A stretch of 64,000 nucleotides of DNA from Eledone cirrhosa (lineage: Eukaryota), in the NCBI GenBank assembly GCA_964016885.1, contig OZ024744.1, positions 109,368,001-109,432,000 on the forward strand, read 5' to 3'. Of this stretch, positions 39,510-53,115 are shown in pieces. Numbering within the stretch: position 1 is the first letter of the stretch; each line of letters begins with the position of its first letter. Under the pieces are notes generated by a model. That model did no database searches and was not told the DNA's origin. It worked only from the letters and a program-made list of their open reading frames with translations. The position numbers were made by a program, and so were the translations under genes.

Positions 39510-42400
39510 TCTTCTGGTTTTATAATTTCACAATTTTTTTACAAATAGAGAGAGTCGGTTTCTAACATAGACACAAGACTCTCTCATTGGAATTTACACA
39601 ACATCAACTAGGTAGATTATGCATGCATGTGTAAATATGGATGTTATTGTATGTGTGGATGTGTATGTTTTGAGTTCTATGTGTGCATGTGTATATGCAT
39701 CTGTACATGTGTATATGCAGTTATTAGATGCAAAATTTTGGAATGTTTTACATATTTTTATGTATTGTACTTGTAATTTCCTAACTAGTTGTGTTCTTTC
39801 TGTTCCTGTGAAGTCTAGCTTCTTAAGATTTGTATTGAGGCAGTTACTAACATACTCCAGTGCCCCAATAATCACAGGCATAAATCTGAAGGTGTAATCA
39901 GGGTGGAGTATCTGCAGATTTCTCATCAGTTCTGCATAAATATTCTCCTTTTCGTTAATCTTGGATATTATATTGGCATCTGCTGGGTAGCTAACTTCCA
40001 CTACTGTGCATGCTTTCTTCTCCCTGTCTTCCATATTGCTGTAGTTTTTAATGTGTTTATTATCGGGCTATCTTTTCTACGGATTGCATTGTACAGTGTT
40101 TTGGCCACTACATCATGCCTCACAGTACCGCGATGACATCTTTGGACAGCTGCTTATGTCATGGGTGATATCCTCGATGTTAGTTCTGCAGAGTCTGCAC
40201 TTGTTATCACATCTAGGTGTTTTGCCTGCATCCTTATCTCTTTTGTGAATCAGGTATTTCGTGTTAATCTACTGTTCTTGGATTGCAAAAGCGTATCCTT
40301 CAAAGTGGGAACCAATATAGCGGTTGTTGGTCCAAGATAGACTACTTTCCTTATCTATATTACTCTCACTCTGGAGTTTCCTGGCAACATATCCATGCGT
40401 GATTTTTTGCTGATAAGCATGCAGTTTTTCATCCATGGATTTACTGCGATAATGCTGAGCGACTTCCCTGGCTGTGAGTTTTTGATTATCACACAGGGAA
40501 TCTCTCTCGAGGAGTTCCTTCCCAACTCTCATGATCTTATCTGTTTCATACAGATAGACTTGCTCTAGAAACGGGCTCCTACGCTTCGAGGTTCGTAGAT
40601 GTTGTCGGAGAGATATGATGCGACATTCAAATGTTGTCTGGACTGATGTTAGGCCTCTGCCTCCTTGCTTACGTTTCAAATAAAGGCGGTCTATGTCACT
40701 GTTGATGTGGAAGTTTCCGGTGTTGTTTAGTATTTTTCGAGTTCTAACATCAACTGCTTGGATTTCGTCTATCGTCCAATTGAGTATTCCAAACGTTGGT
40801 GTTAGGACAGGCACAGCAAACACATTGTGGGCCACTGTTTTGTTTTTCACAGAGAGTTCCGATGACAAAATCTTTCTTAATCGGGTGTAGTATTCCCTGG
40901 TTACGCGTTCTTTATTACAGATACCATTATAGGACATGTTCTCATCTATCCATAGGTATCTGTAGCAGTCCTCATCAGATATCGGTGAAACAGTTAGACC
41001 ATTGATGACAATGTTGCTAGATTGGGTTGTAGTTTTTCCTCACTTTCCAGTCATATATGAACATTTATCTTAGCCAAACTCCATTCCTATATCATTTGAG
41101 AATGTTGTATCCAGGTCAAGGTTTTTCTTCATCCCATCTATGTTCTTGGCATAGAGTTTCAGATCATCCACTAAGAAATTATGGGTTAGGTTCGTATTTC
41201 TGTCCTCCTGTGAGCCAATGATGTATCCTTCACATTTCTTGAGTAGAAAGGACAAGGGGTTTAATGACAAGATGAATGATATCACAGAGAGAATGTCTCC
41301 CTGAAATATACCCCTGCGATATTTTATTTTTAGAAATCCTACCAAACTGTAAACAGGTTCCTCCTATGCAACCGCACCTCTGACATAACAGTTATATAAA
41401 TTAAGAGTTACTCAATACACTCCAAATTCCTTTCTTCCCAGTTAGTTGCTCATTTGTGATGATTATTGTCGCAGTGATTGTGGGGGAGTAGAGGTTGATA
41501 AGATTCCTCTGATAGAAAGTCAGTTTTTTGTACCAGTAACCGATAATCAATTTTTTTTTGCAGGTGATTTCTGATCTTGACGTTTTCCTATCGCAGTCTG
41601 AAGGGTGTCATCATTGCTGCTGTATGTTTTTGGTGTAATGCAGAGACAATACTTCCTGCGGATTTCTTTCAACAACACTGCATCTTGGTTAAACTTCTTT
41701 TCCCTACTCTATATTTTTCTCTAGAATGAATCCCTGTCTTTCAGGGACGGAGCATCAGTGACATTCATTGGTTTGTTCTTTATATCTTTATAAACTTCTT
41801 GAACAACATCCCACACATACACGTACACCAGGTCCGAACACAGAGGAGCCGAACTTCCACTGTCATCGCCTCCATCTCTCTCGCCATCCCCATTTTTCAC
41901 TTCTATGAAAAAATGGGGTCCTACGCGTTGGCCGCGCCCCACGGCCCTGGCGGACAGATAAATTGACAATTGGTCTCGACTAAATTTCTTATTAACCATT
42001 TTTTTCTTTCAGCGTCTCTCTTCTGACAACAGAGTCTCTCACAGATCTTAACTCTCGTTTGAGAATGATAAATTTGTATTCAAGAGTTATTTTTTTTTAC
42101 TATCTCCAGACATCGTTTCTATATTATGTTTTATTCTATGTTAGTGGAGAGTGTGGTTTTGTTTTTGTCTTTGTTTACATGTGTCATCGCTACATGACCG
42201 ATAGAATTTCGTATAACAACGATCTTTTCCAGTTTTCATTTTAGAAATACATGCTGACTTTTTTGTATTGCTCTATCTCTGTTTACAGTCGTTGCTAGAA
42301 CATATAGACCAGCGTTATTTGCCTAAATATAGGGACATTAATCTACCCTAAATATTCACCTCCGGTTTCCTTGACAGCACGTAAAGTTCTTTTATTCGGT
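39510..42400 (-). mobile_element. Degenerate R4/Dong-like LINE with CCHC and restriction-like endonuclease
   Basis: GIFQGD, LVDDLKLY, FAIQEQ, CRLC..EDITH..SSC, VVEVSYP..KINEK..Y, PVIIGAL. Confidence 0.88.
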
Positions 42401-44519
42401 CTTTTGTTTAATATCGTTAGGTGGTGTTTTTCTGTTTTTCTTTTAACAAGTTTGTAACAAAAATTTACGTATGTATGCATGTATGTATGTGTGTATATAT
42501 GTGTGTGGGTGTGTATATATGAGTGTATGTAAATATATATATATGTATGTGTGTGTGGGGGGGGGGGTCTCTGTGTGTGTGTGTGTGCGTGTTTGTGTTA
42601 GTTGCGTAGACAGGTAGATGATTACCTAGAGAGAAAGAGATAGATAGATAGAAATATGTATAAATAAAATTACCCAGCAGATTCACAAAATAGCCAAACA
42701 GATTAGCAGATAGATGTGAATTTGGAGCGTAGGTGCTGGTTTCTGTGTTAATGTTTATTCCTGTCCCTTTCCGTCTTAAATAAACACTTCATAGGATGTG
42801 TTGTTTGTTTCCCAAATTGGGATATTTAGTATTCGGAAACTTTCACAGTTCACAAATACAAATTATGTACACCAGCGTACGGCCTAGTGGTGAGAGAAGG
42901 CAGCTGGACAAGTCAGTCAAAAAGAAAGGAGCCGATCGTCAGATCGGACCAAAAGAACTGTTGCCATTGCTGATAATATTTGCTGGTCCCAGTTGATGGC
43001 AGATGTGTAACTGCTTTCCGGTGACAATAGGTAAGATTTGATCTCAGGAACAGACTGTTTAACAGTTCTGCTAATACATCTGTAGTGACCTACATTCCGC
43101 GGGCTCACATACATTCTCTGTGCGTGATTTGGCTCAGTTCAGCCAATCAGCGCTAGTAGAAGAGGATGTATCCCTACGCGCCCTGAGGAAGAAATTCCCC
43201 GCGAAGATTTGAAGAATCTCTCTCTTGTACCAGAAACTTCGAGCCAGCAACACGCATAATGTAGCAGTGAGATATTGCACCCCTAGCCTCGCCGGCTTAA
43301 CGGCGCAATGGCACATTCCCTTTTGTAACCTCTTTTTATCTGTAACTTCACCCATATAAATAAACAAACATTTCATCTCTAATTACTGCGGTTGAAGTCG
43401 TTGTTATGTTACTCGTGTCTCAATGACATCTTTAATCCATGCTGCTGGAATTGGCGACCTGACGAAAGGAATATTGTAAATAGATGGTAAATAGATCGAG
43501 GGACCTTCCCTCACGTCTATGTCAACAAGATAATCCAACGAGGATACTATCACTTACCACACTGGCAACTAACGACCACTGATTCTACCACCCTGCTAAA
43601 GTGGCGATAGCATCTATAACTAATACTGCTAAACATCATCTCTCAACTGGTTTATTGAACAATGTTTATCGACCCCGAAAGAATGAGACGCAACATTGAC
43701 CTAGACGTGATTTGATCTCAAAGAACAGAGAGCTGAAACAAATACTGAGGCATTTAATCGACGATCTAACCGCATATTAAGTAAAGGAGATGCTGGAGGT
43801 TCGAGTCTTATTATTAGTATTGCATTCTAGTTGTAGTCCAAATACTCAATTAAGTTCTTATATGACACTGGAACGCAACTACAAAAGAACTTACTATAGT
43901 TCCCCGTTGTAAACAATTGCAGTGGAACCAAAATGATGACTCTTTCGTTGAGCTAAATCTCTGTCACTATTTCTGGAAAAGAAATTTGTGGCTTAATCAA
44001 AGGAGAAAAGGAAATAGCCATGACCCTTTTCGGGGGGCCTCTGAAATTGGTGGGGAGAAAGTGGAGGAGATTATTTCCAAACTGGAGACCTAATTCGAAT
44101 TCACAACTAAAAGCAAACGTGCCATTTGATGATGTGAAATCTCGTGGCGAATTAACTTTAATCCCCAACAAATATAACTTGTCCTTTAGACAAGCATCCA
44201 TACAGTTTTCTCTATTAAGTTTTCTCCCAAGACTGTTCAACGCGAGGCTGTCGTAGAAAACGGCACTTGTTGAAGTTGATACACAGTAGGAGTGACCACA
44301 AGACCATGTAATTCTTGTTGTTATTGTTGTTGTTGCTGTTGCTATTCCTTCACCAAAGACCATTTAGGGAAATCTGACCCCAACATATACTAAAAACATA
44401 ACTTAAATGAGAGAATGTTTAACTAACCCTAACTCTTTATTTCTTTTGTAGAAACGCGCGAAAAAAAACCAATAACAATGTATATACCGTCTGAACACTT
44501 GATTATATATATATATCGC

Positions 44520-45638
44520 AAGGCTATACGGGGGGAGGGCCTCGACATCCACCTGGCCCACTCGGGGCCCTCCCTGCGAAGATGACTCTCCAGGAAACCC
44601 TGGAAATCAACTGACGCGTTCTCCCTCAGAGACTGGCCGATGCGCCATGCGAACTGTTGCCTACGCACATACGTCGTGTATAAGAGAGAATGTAACAAGT
44701 GCAACCAATACTATATAGGTAGCACAATCCGGCCGTTGCACATCGGGATCAAGGAACACACTAAAACCAGGGCCTCGTCTTTCCGGAAACACATAGCCAA
44801 ATGCGGAAACAAAGACGGAAGGCCCATTGTCACAATTCTAGCGACAGAAAGAAAAGCCGGCACGTTACGTATCAAGGAAGCACTTTGGATCAAACGCCTA
44901 GGGCCACAATTAAACAACCGATCCGAGAGAAGCGAAATGCGGTGGTTGGTTTAAGTTAACAAACGATGCAGCAACACACATACAAGCGAGACAGCAACAC
45001 ACTCACACACACACACAGTAGCATTCCACCATACGAACATACTACACTGCCAATACAGAGGAACAAGGCAACAACACACGCACACACACATACACACTCA
45101 AGCAAGACAACACACGCACACACACATAGTAACATTCACCAAACAGGCAGAGAATGGACTGACAGCTAGCGCCACCCCACTCCCACAATTGAAAGAACTA
45201 CTTCGGCCGCTGACCTCTGCCTGACCGACCCCATTTCACGCGCACGCGCGCTCTGCTGAATACCTCAGATATTCAAAACAACGAACAGCGGAGGACACGT
45301 TTCGCACCTTTCCGACAGACAACCCCCCCCCCGGAAAAAACCCTAGTTGATGGATGAGAATCCGAAATATATAGGGACAATTAAATCTCTCCCAAGGTAA
45401 CTCTTTCTCGTGTTGTTATTTTTATTTTTATCCTTTACGCTCTTTCCTTCATTCCTCTACACGTTACAGTCTTATACACGCCACGCATCTCAACGTACAC
45501 CCACTTACATCTCTCTCTCCACCACCGGATCTTGTTACCCGGAGATTTATCCATCTGCATTGTCGAGGCTTCCAAACGACTTAAAGAAATTTACCTTATT
45601 ATTCCACAATGCTTCAAGCAAACTTCAATACTCTCATA

Positions 45639-45640
<2 letters not shown>
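44520..45640 (+). mobile_element. PLE 3' fragment (GIY-YIG endonuclease + pLTR with degenerate hammerhead 45341-45378)
   Basis: ORF 44640-44954: VVYKRECNKCNQYYIGSTIRPLHIGIKEH...IKEALWIKRLGPQLN; ggatgagaatcc-GAAA-tata-TA-ggga with a damaged CUGA core. Confidence 0.8.
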
Positions 45641-45681
<41 letters not shown>

Positions 45682-45842
45682 TACCAGAAAAAACACCCGA
45701 AGAGTGCTTTTCTGCTAGCATGTGAAAGATTGAAAGATTATTATATATTTCATATTCTAATTCATTTGTCTATATCTTTTTTATTTTTTTTGTTTTTTTG
45801 CTTTTCTTGATGAGACTTTCCAAGTATTTACCCATGTTTTAT

Positions 45843-45920
45843 ATTGCCTCGTCTGACGAACGAATGAAGACGTTTCTTTCGTATTCGCCTCATTCGGGAA
45901 ACCTCTGGTAATGAGGTAAT
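45843..45920 (+). ncRNA. Type I hammerhead ribozyme
   Basis: attgcctcgt-CTGACGA-acgaatga...tcattcgg-GAAA-cctctgg-TA-atgaggtaat; 10-bp stem I. Confidence 0.8.
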
Positions 45921-45942
45921 TATATTGTATTGATTTTTATAC

Positions 45943-45998
<56 letters not shown>

Positions 45999-46074
45999 TT
46001 ATATATATAAGGAAAACTTGAACCATTATGGTATATTTTCGTTGGTTATGTCAAAATTTATAAAACACTCTTCG

Positions 46075-46135
46075 TATTTTATCTGATGATAGCGTACCAA
46101 AGTTTTGGTACCCTTGAAATATATATAATAGGATA
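46075..46135 (+). ncRNA. Type I hammerhead ribozyme
   Basis: tattttat-CTGATGA-tagcgtaccaaagttttggtaccctt-GAAA-tatata-TA-ataggata. Confidence 0.75.
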
Positions 46136-46271
46136 AATATGGTTTTATAAATATAGTTTCCAGTTATTTAATATCATTGAATTTTATACTCCAGAAAATA
46201 TGTCGAGTGCTCTGAATCAGTTATAAACATTTATATTTGTTGAATTACCAACAAATTGAATATCCCTTCTG

Positions 46272-46428
<157 letters not shown>

Positions 46429-46479
46429 AGATTCTACAGGACTAGAACTGTTTCATTCTTTAGAAATCATCAGGAATCT
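46429..46479 (-). ncRNA. Type I hammerhead ribozyme
   Basis: Minus strand: agattc-CTGATGA-tttctaaagaat-GAAA-cagttctagtcctg-TA-gaatct. Confidence 0.72.
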
Positions 46480-46889
46480 GGCTGTCCAAAATAAATGTTG
46501 TGGTAGGAGAGGGTGGGGAGTGGAATGGGTGGAGGTCATTGGTTGAAAGAAAAGGGAATTCGTTAAAGCTATAATTTATATTTAGAGTGACAAAGGCAGA
46601 AAGAATTCTATAAACAAGTTCAAATTGGGGTGCCACTCCTTATTTTTAAGTTTCTCTTAAGCTAACAATGCCTATATTTCAGGTGTCTATAAAATAGTTC
46701 GGGGTCGGTCATGGTTGATGGATTTAAAGAAAAGGGAAATTCTTTAAAAGGTAATTCTTTAAAGTTCTACTTAGAGTGACAAAGGCAGAGAGAATTCTAT
46801 AGACAAGTTCAAAATATTGGGTGCCTATCATTATTGTCATGTTTCTCTTAAGCTATAATTCAGGTGACAACAGACACACACACACACAC

Positions 46890-46981
<92 letters not shown>

Positions 46982-47148
46982 ACACACACACACATATATA
47001 TATATGTATAAATATACGCATATACAAACATATACAAACACATCTACACATATACACATATATACACATATACATAAATACATAAATACATATACACAAA
47101 CATATATATATATATATACAAATACATACATATATATATGTATATATA

Positions 47149-48880
47149 TTTCGTTTCTGAATTTGTTTAGCAAGATTCTTTAACTGAAAACGTGTGTTGA
47201 AACCGATATTGTTATACTTTGGGAGGGTCATGTTGCCAATAAGAGACACACGCATCAGTTGCTTTCACTTCAATTTATTATAATAAATTTATAAAGTTAG
47301 GAATTTATAAATTTATAAATTTCCGGTTGGTTGGTTGGTTCCACAACCAGATGGTTGTTTATATATTGTCAAAGTTCTTTCGTCACACATTCTGTGACCT
47401 CTTCAGTGACTGGGGTTCTTTTCTTTGTTTTTTTATGCCTCTCCTTTGTTCTGTCCTACGCCATCTTGTATTTTGTGTGTGTGTTGTGTGCTTAGTTTGC
47501 GCATGTGTTACATCCGGGTGTCTGTGTGTGTTTATATTCGTTTATTTATTTGTTTATTTACATGTTACTGGTTGGTTGTTTGTTCTATGTGCGTGTGTGT
47601 TTTCATTTTGTCCTTAATTGTAAGTTGTGATGTTGCTGTTCCACTCATGTTTTCTATTTAATTTTGGTTGTAATTCATTTATGTTTATTGCCTCTGTAAT
47701 TTGTCTAAACATTGCGTCTTTTCTGTGTGTAGATTCTATTTTTATTTCTATGTTCTCTAATTTACCCTTATGTTCTATTTTAGCATGTTGGTAGAGTACA
47801 GATGATTCTTTACTATCTTTAAGGTCTCGCCAGTGTTCATTTATCCGTTTCCCTATACTACGAGCTGTCTCACCTATGTACACTATATTTTTATCTCTAC
47901 ATTGTCCTTCAGTACATCTTATGCTATATACTACATTTCTAGTTTTACAGTTAATATGGCGGCTTAATTTACAGATTATACATTTCTTATCTATACAGGG
48001 AGGTCTTTGAAAAGGGTATGTATTGCTAATAAGTGTTTTTATGGAGGTACATGGTGTTTCTACTATCTTAATATTGAGTTTTTGTTTATCTAGGGCCCTT
48101 CTAAATTTGTAAGCTAATTCGCCTCTAGGGGTTGTATCGATGAACATTACACTTATTACAGTATTTATTGCTATCATACCATGAGTTTATTCTATTAGCC
48201 TTATTCCTAGTTCTTTCTATTCTATTCTAAAATTTGCTCCTATTCAAGGGGCAGGTCCCATTTGTGTCATTATTTACCATTTTTTCCCATTTGGTTCTGG
48301 CTCCTCTATACACTCTGATTCTATCTCTCTGATTGTAACCAGAGAACTGCATACAGTGGATGAAGTGTTGTATGTGTCTCTCTAGTTCTTCGGGGTTGCA
48401 CATGCGAGACACGTTTCTCATCACCCGTACCAAATCCGCAATCAGTATGTTGATTTTGGTATGGTCCGAAACAGCTGAATTTCGGTGGATCAGATATTTG
48501 GAAGTCATGGGTTTGGCATAATGGGAATGGAGGATTTGTTTTTTGTTATTAATGGTATCTAACCAGAGCTCTGTGTCTAGTACAGGTAATCGATGTTTGG
48601 TGTGTTTGCTTGGGTAGTCTATACCTAATATATATATATGATCCTATACCTAATATATAGATATATATACTTCGTTTTTGAATTTGTTTTGCAAGATTTC
48701 TTATCTGAAAACGTGTGTTGAAACAGATATTGTTATACTTTGGGGAGGTCATGTTGCACCTGTTTTTTTTCACTTCAATTTCTTATAAATTTCCGGTTGG
48801 CTGGTTGGTTGGTTCGATAATCGGAAGGTTGTTTATATATCATCAAATCTCTTTCGTCACACATTCTGTAACTCCTCAAT
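47149..48880 (-). mobile_element. 5'-truncated PLE with direct partial pLTRs (47149-47420, 48670-48875)
   Basis: LPVLDTELW..HYAKPMTS, C..KKCIIC..CKTRNVVYSIRC..YIGETARS..RINEH, RQITEA..PKLNRKHEW. Hammerhead at 47368-47410 (gtca-CTGAAGA-ggtcacagaatgtgtgac-GAAA-gaac-TT-tgac). Confidence 0.9.
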
Positions 48881-49045
48881 CAAATCATATAAGTTAGGAT
48901 TGTATTTGGCTGCTATTTCTAGTAGATCCTGTGACGCTACTGCTCAGTGGTTTCCAAAATGTTCATTAGCAACGACCATATATATTTAAATAAATTTTCC
49001 CGTGTACACCAACTAGACATTTGTTAAATCCATCTATTCCACAAT

Positions 49046-49610
49046 AGGAGAAGAAGAAGAAGAAGAAGAAGAAGAAGAAGAAGAAGAAGAAGAAGAAGAA
49101 GAAGAAGAAGAAGAAGAAGAAGGGGGGAGGTGGAGGGGGGACGAAGAAGAAGGAGGAGGAGGAGGAGAAGAAGAAAAGAAGAAGAAGGGGGAGGATGAGG
49201 GTGAGGAGGGGGGGGGGAGAAGGAGGAGGAGGAGGGGGACGAATAATAATAAGAAGGAGGAGGATGAGGAGGAGGAGGAGAAGAAGAAGAAGAAGAAGAA
49301 GAAGAAGAAGAAGAAGGGGAGGAGGAGGAGGAGGAGGGGGGAGGAGAAGAAGAAGAAGAAGAAGAAGAAGAAGAAGAAGAGGAGGAGGAAGAAGAAGAAG
49401 AAGAAGAAGGAGGAGGAAGAGTGGGAGGAGGGGAAGGGGGAGGAGGAGGAGGAGGAGGAGACGAAGAAGAAGAAGAAGAAGAAGAAGAAGAAGAAGAAGA
49501 AGAAGAAGAAGAACAAGAAGAAGAAGAAGAAGTAGAAGAAGAAGAAGAAGAAAAAGAAGAAGAAGAAGAAGAAAAAGAAAAAGAAAAAAGAAGAAGAAGA
49601 AGAAGAAGAG
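49046..49610. repeat. Polypurine (GAA)n/(GGA)n tract
   Basis: About 560 bp almost entirely purine on the plus strand. Confidence 0.97.
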
Positions 49611-50095
49611 TGTTTCAGTGGTTTGATTTACACAACTTGTAGGTAAAGTCGACATGTAAGTGACTAAGCTTTCGACAGATATATGTACCCTTAACGTAAG
49701 TTTTGATGGGATTCATCATGACAGGGTGTATACAGGGTGTATACAGAGTGTATACAGGGTGTATACAGGGTATGCTATTATTGTTACAGATATCGTCCTT
49801 CTGACAGGCTTCCAAATAGTCTGTTTATTAAGCGACGTCGTTAGCCATAGACGTCAGTGTAGTTCACACATATTAGTTCACACATATTAGTTCACCCGTT
49901 GAGGCCTCTAATTGACTGGTCACAGCATATGTCAGTATTACATCACACCTTCAGTTCAATACACTACGGAAAAATTCCTGAAGACTTACATGAAAACTAA
50001 GAAGCTTATAAGATTTAAAAGAATGTAAAAAAATAAACATGAAAGAGACATGGGCGTGGGAGGGGGAACATGGAGTCAATGACTAAATAATACAT

Positions 50096-50207
50096 AACTG
50101 TTTCTACTTTAGGCACAAGGCCAGCAATTACCCAGTGCATTACTGGTACTTTATTTTATCGACCCCGTAAGGATGAAAGGCAAAGTCAACCTCGGCGGGA
50201 TTTGAAA
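50096..50207 (-). mobile_element. SINE family S, truncated
   Basis: Matches the family from the tail to the B-box. Confidence 0.88.
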
Positions 50208-50619
50208 TATTATATTATGATAAAACCAACCACCACATCACCCGCGGTACTACTTACTATAGAATCTGAGAAGCAAAAGATAAACTCAAACTTTATCTCG
50301 TTACCAAACTACTACAGAGTCTAGAATGTACAGGTCCCTTGCAAAGAGGATCTCCACCATCTTTATGAAAAAGAATCCCTCGATCATTAAGTTTCAGGTC
50401 GATCCAAGCGTTGTGAGGGAAGTTGTGTAGACAGAAGCAGTTTCGATGCCTGTTAGGTGGATTGAGAATGTAACACAAAACATTGTGTTAAAGGGGAAGG
50501 CAGTAACATTCCCGGCTCGAGTATGAAGAGAAGCAAAATGTTTCTCTGGCTAATCATAATGGCTTTTAATTCAGGCACACGACCAGCAATTTGTGGGGTA
50601 GGGGGAACCGTTTAAATTA

Positions 50620-50800
50620 ATCGTTTCTACTCTTGGCACAAGGCCAGCAATTATCCCAGTGTATTACTGGTACTTTATTCTATCGACCCCGTAAGGATGA
50701 AAGGCAAAGTTAACCTCGGCGGGATTTGAACTCAGACCATAAAGGGACGTAACTATGCTGGAAAGTATGGCGTCCGACCCTCTACTGATACTGCCAATCC
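50620..50800 (-). mobile_element. SINE family S nested in an older related SINE (50565-50860)
   Basis: Flanked by an aaattaatc duplication (50614-50622 and 50801-50809); halves of the older SINE lie on both sides. Confidence 0.82.
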
Positions 50801-51096
50801 AAATTAATCCCAGCACTTGAGTGTCACTTTATTTTATCGACCCCGGAAGGCAAAGTTAACTTATTAAGGAGACAGTATTTCCACCCTCACCCTAGTCCCA
50901 CCCATTAAAACATGTCTCCCTTCACAGGCTGAAAATAAAAATAAGAATAAAAAGCCTTCACGTTTGCTTCAACTCAGACTCCACACTGAACTCATACTCA
51001 ACAAAACTTCTACCAAACTCACCTTCTCTTCCTCATATCCATCAGTCACTCCCGATTTCTTCAGCCTAACTTGTCGACCGATACGAACAGAATTCC

Positions 51097-51130
<34 letters not shown>

Positions 51131-51144
51131 CATCATCATCATCC

Positions 51145-51187
<43 letters not shown>

Positions 51188-51188
51188 T

Positions 51189-51225
<37 letters not shown>

Positions 51226-51261
51226 ACACTATCAATATTTTATTTAATGATTCTTTGGACT

Positions 51262-51360
<99 letters not shown>

Positions 51361-52013
51361 TTCTGTCCCTCTCACTCTCTGTCTATCTCCCTCCGTCTCC
51401 ACATCTATCAACCTGCCCTCTGTGGCAATAAATAATTCCAAACTTGATACTATCAACACAATGCCTAAGTTGTCTCTTTGAGAGTAAGCAGTATAATAAA
51501 ACCACTTGCTGGACCCCTGCCATAGCATTTAGATTAGCTATCTGTATTCTTCAAAACTCTCTCACCCATTTCTCCTACCCCTACATATCCATCTCTCCCT
51601 CTCCCTTTCTTTCTCTCTTCCTTTTCTACTCTATCTTCCCCAATTACTTCCTTTAATAAATATAAAGAAACCGTGATTCAACCATTCGTTCTGACGATTT
51701 GGTAGTACGAGCAGCATTTGAAAATTGAGTATCTGCAAATTAATAACTACTAATTTGCATATAACATAACTAGGCTGTGTAACTACTAAAGAAACATGTG
51801 TAGCACCTGGAACAAATTGCCTTTTTATGATGTCTATCTGTTTTGTTAATCATTCTTTATCTACACTCCGGAATATAGAAGAATCGAAGAGCAAGTTTCT
51901 TTAACTGTTCTTTTGTAACTCGTTGAGTAACCCCTCACCGTATGTCGACTCTATCTAGTGTAGTAATCAACCATTACTGCATTCAGGATAATCCTAAGTA
52001 TTTCTTGCATAAC

Positions 52014-52075
<62 letters not shown>

Positions 52076-52078
<3 letters not shown>

Positions 52079-52787
52079 TTGATATATTGTTTTTGTTTAT
52101 GCCACGAAACTACGTAGTCGAGGAATTTAGGAGCAGTTTAGGTATGATACATTTTATTACTAATTATATCTAAATGTTTCTTCTCTCTTCATAATGTATT
52201 TTTAACTCTGATACTGGTTCAGTCTAGTTCAAACTGAATTGGTCTGTCCCAGTCATTCATTGAGCAACATCGGTGAAGTTGGCACCCTTAACTCACAGTT
52301 GGGTGCGGATGCATTCATGTATATATGTGTGTGTCCGCATGTATCTGTGTGTTTCTAAATATATTGTTAATAACTCCCTCTGGTCGAGCAATCTTTGAAG
52401 TGTGAGGACAACTGGAAAGCTTCCATTACTCATACTTCTCGCCTTCTTCACTACCTCTTCTACGGCCTCGATATGAATACCCCCTCCGCCTCCGTGGTAT
52501 TTTCTTCGTGGTTATAAGAGGCTTAGCTCTGTTTCTCGACCATTATATCGCGTGAATATCTCCCCCTCCGCCTTTTGGGATTCTTTCTCACGTCGTGTAG
52601 ACGCGTTCTTGAGACTAGTAAAATGAGGTATCCTCTTCATAAGTCGGCAGACCTCGCAAGGACTCTATATCTTTGATATATTGTTTTTGTTTATGCCACG
52701 AAACTACGTAGTCGAGGAATTTAGGAGCAGTTTAGGTATGATACATTTTATTACTAATTATATCTAAATGTTTCTTCTCTCTTCATA

Positions 52788-52793
<6 letters not shown>
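52076..52793 (+). mobile_element. ORF-less ~720-bp element with ~124-bp direct terminal repeats and a hammerhead remnant
   Basis: 52076-52199 is repeated at 52670-52793. tcctc-TTCATAA-...-GAAA-ctacgtag-TC-gagga at 52631-52718. Embedded in (TA)n. Confidence 0.7.
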
Positions 52794-52833
<40 letters not shown>

Positions 52834-52934
52834 TTGATCATGCTTTATTTTTATTTTTATTTTTAATTTCATTCGCTATATGTCTCTCCACCACTCCTCT
52901 ACACACCCTTTGAACTCTGTTCCCACACACTTCT

Positions 52935-52970
52935 CACCTGAGGAAGGGCTTATGCCCGAAACGTCGTTCG
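52935..52970 (+). ncRNA. Minimal hammerhead-like motif
   Basis: CTGAGGA-a-gggc ttat gccc-GAAA-cgtcg-TT; stem I is not evident. Confidence 0.45.
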
Positions 52971-53055
52971 CCACCACCACCCCACTCTCCAGAGCGTGAA
53001 ATTAATAAACATTCGTTGTACTGCCTCTCTGTTTTGTTCCTGTTCAAATTTTTCC

Positions 53056-53115
<60 letters not shown>

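Noticed and set aside
42690-43470. Possible LTR with PBS-like tggcgacc at ~43452
   Set aside because: No TG...CA boundaries, second LTR or gag/pol remnant could be found.
48966-49655. Poly-Leu, poly-Arg and poly-Glu ORFs
   Set aside because: Translation of the (GAA)/(GGA) tract.
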